In this document: positions 58,601 to 64,000 of the stretch, in pieces
How the letters are laid out: every line of letters begins with the position of its first letter
Numbering within the stretch: the first letter of the stretch is position 1
Assembly: GCA_034434015.1 (NCBI GenBank)
Contig: DAOUAB010000229.1
Coordinates: 1-64,000, forward strand
DNA: 64,000 nucleotides
Direction of reading: 5' to 3'
Source of the DNA: Anaerolineales bacterium
Lineage (GTDB): Bacteria; Chloroflexota; Anaerolineae; Anaerolineales; UBA6663
Position numbers and translations under genes: made by a program
Notes under the pieces: generated by a model
What the model was told of the DNA's origin: nothing
Database searches by the model: none
The model's input: the letters and a program-made list of their open reading frames with translations, nothing else

Positions 58601-59721
58601 TTAGGGCGGTGTCTGCACGGCGGAAAGAAGGTATCGCTCGATTAACTCAAAGATTTCTTCGTGACCGTCCATTTCCGCAGTGGTCACGATGACCAAGTGG
58701 TCGCCTGGGACCACGAAGATCATCTGTCCCCCCGCCCGAGAGCCGCATAAGCCCCAAGAGCAGGGTAGGTCCACCACTGATACCCGTAGCCTAAGTCGTC
58801 CTCCGTGGGTGTATGCGTCTGGATGGCGGCCTCTACCCATTGGGCCGACACGATGCGTTGTCCAGCCCATTCGCCCCGCTGGAGATACAGGTAACCGAGT
58901 TTGGCCATGTCGCGCGGCGTGAGCTGCAGGCCCCAGCCGCCGATGGGTATTCCGGCTGAGTCGGTGGCCCACCGCGCCGACCGTATGCCGAGTGGCCCGA
59001 AGAGCGTTTCCTCCGCGAAGGCTCGTGGATTCATGCCTGTGGCGGACTCCAGCAGAGCCGACAACAGATGAGAGCATCCCGAGCAGTAGTTGAACACCTT
59101 CCCACGTGGGCCAGCCATCGGCCGCTCAAGCATAAATTCCACCCAATCCGGGCTCTGATACAGGGCCCGGTAGGCGGCGTCCCCTTCTTCCCATTCCAGG
59201 CCGGCCCGCATCGTCAACAGGTCCTCCAACGTGATGGCCTGCTTCTGGGGATCCCGGCGGGCGGCCTGCTCAGGGAAGAAGTCGAGGATCGGCCGGTCGA
59301 GCTGGTCGATGGCGCCGCGGTCTGATGCGATGCCGATAAGCGTGGCGATGAAGCTCTTGGTGACTGAATAGGATTCGTGTGGTGTATCCGCTTGATAGGG
59401 CCCGAAGTACGTTTCGCTGACCAGAGTGCCGTTTCGAATGACCAGCAGGCTGTGTAGATTCAGGCGCCGGGCCTGGATCGTGGCCAGCATCTCGGCCAAC
59501 GTTTGCGGATCCAGGCCCTGGTCCTCGGGGCGCGAAGTGGGCCAGCCGTCCGTGGGCCAGCCGGGCGCAGGTGATGGACGCTGGGTTGTAACCGCCGACG
59601 CGCTCGAAATTGCCGAAGGCGCCGCAGCCGGCGTTGACACGCCATTAGGGGGCAAATTGGCACAACTGCCCAGCAGCGTACCCAGCAACGCGATCAGCGC
59701 GAAGCCAGACGGCCTGTTCAC
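58601..59721 (-). CDS. Beta-lactamase-family serine hydrolase lipoprotein, with -1 frameshift in a G6 run (about 58728-58733)
   Basis: SVTKS (SxxK) active site; lipobox LLGSCA. The C-terminal conserved GGQMIFVVPGDHLVIVTT is in the adjacent frame (track ORF 58601-59077); adding one G restores continuity. Confidence 0.65.
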
Positions 59722-59802
59722 GGGAATGGTCCTCTATTGAAGCCGGGGAGCGGATTGAGTGTCTTCCACGTCAATGACGTCCTAAAGAATCTCCAGGCGC
59801 CG

Positions 59803-60471
59803 TCACCCGGGTCGCGCCACGACGAACTTGAACATGCCGGCCATCGCCAGGTCATCGACCGACTCAATTTCGAGCCCAGCCGCACGGATATTGTCCAGGG
59901 TGCGCCGGTTCATGTTAGCACCCGTCAAGCGCACAAACAGCGGGGAGATCACATCGGTCATCGCCCCCATGATAGCGCTCTCGGGCCGCATGTGCTCCAG
60001 CAGCAGGATCTGGCCGCCCGGCCGCACGACGCGACCCAGCTCCCGCAGGCCCAGGACCGGGTCCGGCACTGAGCAGAACACGCAGGTGGCCACCGCCGTG
60101 TCGAAGGCGCTGTCCGCGAACTCTAGCGCCTGGACATCGGCGAGACGCAGGTCGGCGGCCAGTCCCAACTTCGCGGCGCGGTGGCGGGCGCGCTCCAGCA
60201 TCCGTGGCGCAAAGTCGGTCGCCACAATCTGCAGGTGGCCCGGCCAGAAGGGCATGTTCAGGCCCGTGCCGACGCCGACTTCCAGTACGCGTGGGCCGGT
60301 CGCCAGGCGCCACAGCCGCTGGCGCCATGGGCGCTGGAAGGCCTCCAGCAGGCCCTGGCGGCGGTCGTAAACGGGGGCCTGCCGGTCGTAGCGGTCCCGG
60401 GCCAGCGCCGTGGCCTGCTTGTCCACCTCGTTCGTCGAGGTGTGGATCGGGGTTGCCAGTGTCGTCGACAT
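59803..60471 (-). CDS. Class I SAM-dependent methyltransferase (UbiE/Methyltransf_11-like)
   Basis: RBS ggagg; VLEVGVGTG motif I; track ORF N-terminal extension is spurious. Confidence 0.8.
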   Translation of the reverse strand: MSTTLATPIHTSTNEVDKQATALARDRYDRQAPVYDRRQGLLEAFQRPWRQRLWRLATGPRVLEVGVGTGLNMPFWPGHLQIVATDFAPRMLERARHRAAKLGLAADLRLADVQALEFADSAFDTAVATCVFCSVPDPVLGLRELGRVVRPGGQILLLEHMRPESAIMGAMTDVISPLFVRLTGANMNRRTLDNIRAAGLEIESVDDLAMAGMFKFVVARPG

Positions 60472-61461
60472 GTCGTCCTCCAATTTGCGTTGGGCGCAAC
60501 TTCGCGCCTCTACCTGATCCGCGCCCACCTGTTCATGCCAGGTGCCCTCAAGACGACCTAAGCCGTGAGGGCGCGTCCACCCAGGTTCGTCAGGACCGCC
60601 GCAGCGCGGCCAGGCCGAGCCAGGACAGCACGGCCGGCAGCAGGTCGATGGCGGCCGATGCACAGCGGGCGGCTCTCGCCAGCGCAGAGCTTCCGAAGTG
60701 GGTGGCGCCGGTCACGCGCTGCGGACCAAAGGAGACCTGTGGACCGCCCGGCGGCGCGCCCGAGCCAAAGCGCGGCACCGGAATGTAAGCCGGCCCGGTT
60801 AGGAGCAGAACATCCAGCAGTGCGTGTTCGGCACGCGGACATCGGTTTTGCCAGGGACTCTTCCTTCGTAAAGGGTAACAATATAACGCCTTGCGCGAGA
60901 GCGCCATTGCGCCCGCTTTGGTATAGGCCAAATGGCCCGTGACCCGCAGGATCGAACCGGCGGGCAGCGCCCCGCGCCTGAGAAGATCAAGCACTGTGTC
61001 TCGGTCGGAGAATGACGATCATGAGAAAATGAGGCCGGCACGAGTACAATCGCGGACGCCCCGTGCGGAACTCTCTCCATGAGGAAAGAACGGACTCGTG
61101 GCCCACCTTAGAGGATTCTGGCTACACAGGGCTCAGGCCCGGTTGAAAGTGTGACACCATGAGCTGGTCAAAGATCTCGCTGTTCCTGTCGGGACTCTTT
61201 TTTGGCGGCGCGCTCGACCACGTCTTTCTTGCCGTGAAGGGCTCCCCTTTCACGCCCTATGGCGTGCGGTCAGGCGTGCGCGGAAATTGGGCCTTGGCAG
61301 CGCTGGATGGCGCGCTGGCCTTGATGCTCTACGGATGGCCGCGCCGTCGGGAGACGCAGGAATGAGAAACAACTCGCCACCCCGCAGCCAGCCTGGCAAG
61401 CTGCTGAATTCGACCGGGATTTGATCCTGATTTGGACGAGTCGCCTGAGCGGCGGTCCGCG

Positions 61462-61755
61462 CTACAACCCCGGTGGGAGAAGACCCCTCGGCCGGAGGGC
61501 CTGGTCCCCGAGCCCGCACCGGCGAACGAGCATGTAGCGGGGTTGGCTGCCGGTGACCAGGTTGCAATCAGCGTGCAGCGGGCATTGGCCGCAGGGTTGG
61601 TCGCGCGGGTCCAGCTTGACCAGCCGTCTCTTAGAGACGAGCAGTTCCAGCATGCCTTCCAGTGCGCCCGGTTGAACGTCCAGGCGGCGGCTCATCTCCT
61701 GGAGGTTGAGCCCGCCGCGGTGTTCAGCCAACAGCGTCAGGACCTGGGTCAACAT
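61462..61755 (-). CDS. feoC: FeoC-like winged-helix protein
   Basis: Small wHTH followed by Cys cluster CGQCPLHADC; immediately downstream of feoB. Confidence 0.55.
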   Translation of the reverse strand: MLTQVLTLLAEHRGGLNLQEMSRRLDVQPGALEGMLELLVSKRRLVKLDPRDQPCGQCPLHADCNLVTGSQPRYMLVRRCGLGDQALRPRGLLPPGL

Positions 61756-61816
61756 CGTCCGCTCTCGAGCTGGCTGCTGCCCCTGGCCGGGCCGGGTTTG
61801 ATTGACCCGGCCGCCC

Positions 61817-63511
61817 TTACCCCAGCCCCAGCAGCCGGCCCCCCTGGTAGACCAGGAAGGCCGCCAGCCAGGCCACCAGGGTCTGGTACACGGCCGAAAA
61901 TACGGCCCAGCGCCGGCCGAACTCGTGGGTGAGGGCGCCGAGCGTGGCGGCGCACGGCACATACAACAGGACAAACACCAGCAACGCAAAGGCGGTCAGC
62001 GGCGTGAAGCGAGCGCGCAGCGCCTGGCTGAGGGCCGTATCCTCGGCTTGGGCGTCGGCCGTCACCAGGTTGACGCCCGGGAGCACGCTAACCAGCGTCT
62101 TGCCCGACTCGAACGTGGCCGTCGCGAAGCCGGTGACAATGCCGAGCAAGTCTTCGCCCAAGGTCGGGGGCACGGCGCTGTCCAGGTCGCCTTGACTGCC
62201 GACGTACATCTGGCTCAGGGTGCTGACCACCACCTCCTTGGCCACGAAGCCGCTGACCAGGGCGCCGGCCGTGTCCCAGCGGCCGAAGCCGAGCGGCTCA
62301 AAGGCCGGCGCAATCGCGGCGCTGACACGCCCGAAATACGAGTCGCGAGGCGCGGTCACGCCCCAGGGTAGATTGAGCAGCAGCCACATCAAGATCGAGA
62401 CCGCCAGGATGGTGGTGCCGGCCTTGTGGAGCATCCCGCTGGTCCGGTCCCAGGTATGGATCAGGACGCCTTTGAGGGACGGCCAGCGATACGGCGGCAG
62501 TTCCAGGACAAAAGCCGAGGTCAGGTCTGGCTTGAGCAGGGTGCGCGTGAATACCAGCCCGGCCAGGATAGCGGTCAGGATGCCCAGCGCGTACAACGTC
62601 CAAACAACCACGTCGGCGCGGTCCCCGAAGAAGGCCAGGCCGAAGACGACGTAGACGGGCAGGCGCGCCGAGCACGACATCAAGGGCACCAGCAGGGCGG
62701 TCACGAGACGGTCCCGGCGGCCGGCGATGGTCCGGGTGGCGTAAATCGCGGGCACGGCGCAGCCCAGGCCCAGGATCATGGGGATGAAGGATTTGCCGTG
62801 CAGGCCGACCACGCGCATGAAGCGGTCCATGACGAAGGCAGCACGCGCCAGGTATCCGGAGTCCTCCAGCAGCGCCAAGAAGAAATACAGGATCAGCAAG
62901 CCTGGCACGAAGACCAGCACGCTGCCCACGCCCGCCACCACGCCGTCAACGACTAGCGAGCGCAGCCACTCTGGGGCTCGCAACACTCCCAGGATCGCGG
63001 CCAGCCAACGGGCGATCGGACCGTTGATCACGCCGTCCACCCAATTCAGGTAGGGTGCGGAGACGTTCATGACCAGGTAGAAGACCAGGTACATGACGGC
63101 GAAGAAGATAGGCAGGCCCAGCCAGCGGTGGGTAACGACGTTGTCGATGCGCCGCGTCAGTGCCAGGCGATCCCCCAGCGGGCGGCGGACCACCTGCCGG
63201 ACCAGGCCGTTGATAAAGCTGTACCGCCGATCGGCCAGGATCAGGTCCGGATCGTCATGGTGCCGCTCGCGCAGGCCGGTGGACAGTTCATGGGCCAGGG
63301 TCAGGATCGGACGGCTGTCCGGGAGTTGCTGCACCCGGGCCACGATATCGGTCTCGCCCTCCAGGAGTTTGAGAGCCAGCCAGCGAGGCGGATAACGGCC
63401 GCCCCCCAGGTCCGCTTCCGCCAGGGCAGCCGTGAGGCATTGGATCGCTTCTTCAACGTCGTGGCCGTAGTCCACGCGAAAAGCGGCCAGGGCCGCGGTC
63501 GGGGCGCTCAT
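61817..63511 (-). CDS. feoB: Ferrous iron transporter FeoB, GDI-like plus membrane (gate/nucleoside-recognition) domains
   Basis: Long polytopic membrane region with FeoB gate motifs; start ATG overlaps the stop of the upstream G-domain ORF (ATGA). Confidence 0.85.
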   Translation of the reverse strand: MSAPTAALAAFRVDYGHDVEEAIQCLTAALAEADLGGGRYPPRWLALKLLEGETDIVARVQQLPDSRPILTLAHELSTGLRERHHDDPDLILADRRYSFINGLVRQVVRRPLGDRLALTRRIDNVVTHRWLGLPIFFAVMYLVFYLVMNVSAPYLNWVDGVINGPIARWLAAILGVLRAPEWLRSLVVDGVVAGVGSVLVFVPGLLILYFFLALLEDSGYLARAAFVMDRFMRVVGLHGKSFIPMILGLGCAVPAIYATRTIAGRRDRLVTALLVPLMSCSARLPVYVVFGLAFFGDRADVVVWTLYALGILTAILAGLVFTRTLLKPDLTSAFVLELPPYRWPSLKGVLIHTWDRTSGMLHKAGTTILAVSILMWLLLNLPWGVTAPRDSYFGRVSAAIAPAFEPLGFGRWDTAGALVSGFVAKEVVVSTLSQMYVGSQGDLDSAVPPTLGEDLLGIVTGFATATFESGKTLVSVLPGVNLVTADAQAEDTALSQALRARFTPLTAFALLVFVLLYVPCAATLGALTHEFGRRWAVFSAVYQTLVAWLAAFLVYQGGRLLGLG

Positions 63512-64000
63512 GTCCCGTGCCTCTGGGCGGATGTTCTCGCGACGCGGACGGCCTGCGCCAGCAACTCGTCAATGCCCTCGCCCCGGCTGGCGGCCGTCGG
63601 AACCACCGGGATGCCGCCGAGCGCAATTGAAAGGGCGCACAGATCGATGGCGCCTTTCTGCCGGCGGAGCTCGTCGGCCATATTGAGTGCCAGCACCAGC
63701 GGGACCCCCAGCTCCAGAAGCTGGACCGTCAGGTACAGGTTGCGCTCCAGGTTGGTCGCATCCACGACGTCGATGATGACGTCCGGCCAGGCCTCAAGGA
63801 CGAAGTCGCGGGCGATGACCTCCTCCGGCGAATACGCGGTCAGGCTGTACGTGCCGGGCAGATCCACCACTCCCAAGGTCAGTCGCTCAAATCGGCAGGA
63901 GCCTTCTTTCTTTTCGATCGTCTTGCCGGGCCAGTTGCCTACGTGTTGGCGCAGCCCGGTCAGGGTGTTGAAGAGGGTGGTCTTTCCGGCGTTGGGGTTG
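63508..64000 (-). CDS. feoB: FeoB N-terminal GTPase domain (separate ORF or frameshifted part of feoB); 5' end beyond window
   Basis: rc of 63880-64000 encodes [13 protein letters not shown] (G1) ... DLPGTYSL (G3) ... NMAD (G4). Confidence 0.8.
   Translation of the reverse strand, partial: NPNAGKTTLFNTLTGLRQHVGNWPGKTIEKKEGSCRFERLTLGVVDLPGTYSLTAYSPEEVIARDFVLEAWPDVIIDVVDATNLERNLYLTVQLLELGVPLVLALNMADELRRQKGAIDLCALSIALGGIPVVPTAASRGEGIDELLAQAVRVARTSAQRHGT

Noticed and set aside
61159-61365. 68-aa small membrane ORF
   Set aside because: No RBS or homology support; retained only as a low-value possibility and not listed as a feature.
1-64000. Alternative genetic code (TGA as sense) explaining in-frame TGAs
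   Set aside because: Many well-supported genes here terminate with TGA (for example 8397-8399, 16350-16352, 18367-18369), so TGA is a normal stop. Only local recoding or errors can explain the three cases.
1-64000. CRISPR arrays or rRNA
   Set aside because: No regularly spaced direct repeats or rRNA-like conserved stretches were seen on reading the sequence.

Overview
High-GC bacterial accessory region, almost entirely a metal-homeostasis island of mosaic origin.

Left edge (1-5300): 3' end of an IS21-family element (IstA C-terminus plus IstB), a tyrosine integrase on the minus strand abutting a tRNA 3'-half-like fragment (possible att remnant), a second tyrosine recombinase, and a degraded ABC-ATPase pseudogene.

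Core (5300-52800): three ArsR/CmtR-family regulator plus P1B heavy-metal ATPase pairs, with atypical TM6 motifs SPC, APC and CSC. A copper module: YcnI-like, a CopC-CopD-cytochrome c fusion, DUF3105, DUF305 and PCu(A)C. Two OmpR/histidine-kinase two-component systems, one with a Met/Gly-rich sensor loop. An ECF sigma / anti-sigma pair carrying His-Pro-Glu repeats. Met-rich secreted cytochromes c. An unusual CDF-HflK fusion followed by HflC and HflK. A PpiC-type PPIase, an L,D-transpeptidase, a split GlcD/GlcF-like FAD/Fe-S oxidase, and CcdA/DsbA thiol-disulfide proteins. A Fur-controlled FTR1(-DUF2318) iron permease with two FtsX permeases and an ABC ATPase. Two LspA paralogs. Several SAM and ICMT-family methyltransferases.

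Right edge (52800-64000): an IS transposase N-terminal fragment, two convergent trypsin-like protease paralogs, a frameshifted serine hydrolase, and a feoB(split)-feoC operon running off the window end.

Most notable: two adjacent genes, a PCYCGC-motif lipoprotein and a rhodanese, carry in-frame TGA codons. The first creates a UxxC motif; the second sits exactly at the rhodanese catalytic-Cys position. Each is followed about 15 nt downstream by a two-tier hairpin with a CGUG apical loop. These are candidate selenoproteins that the ORF track truncates. ICMT-family methyltransferases flank them on both sides. No CRISPR arrays or rRNA were seen.
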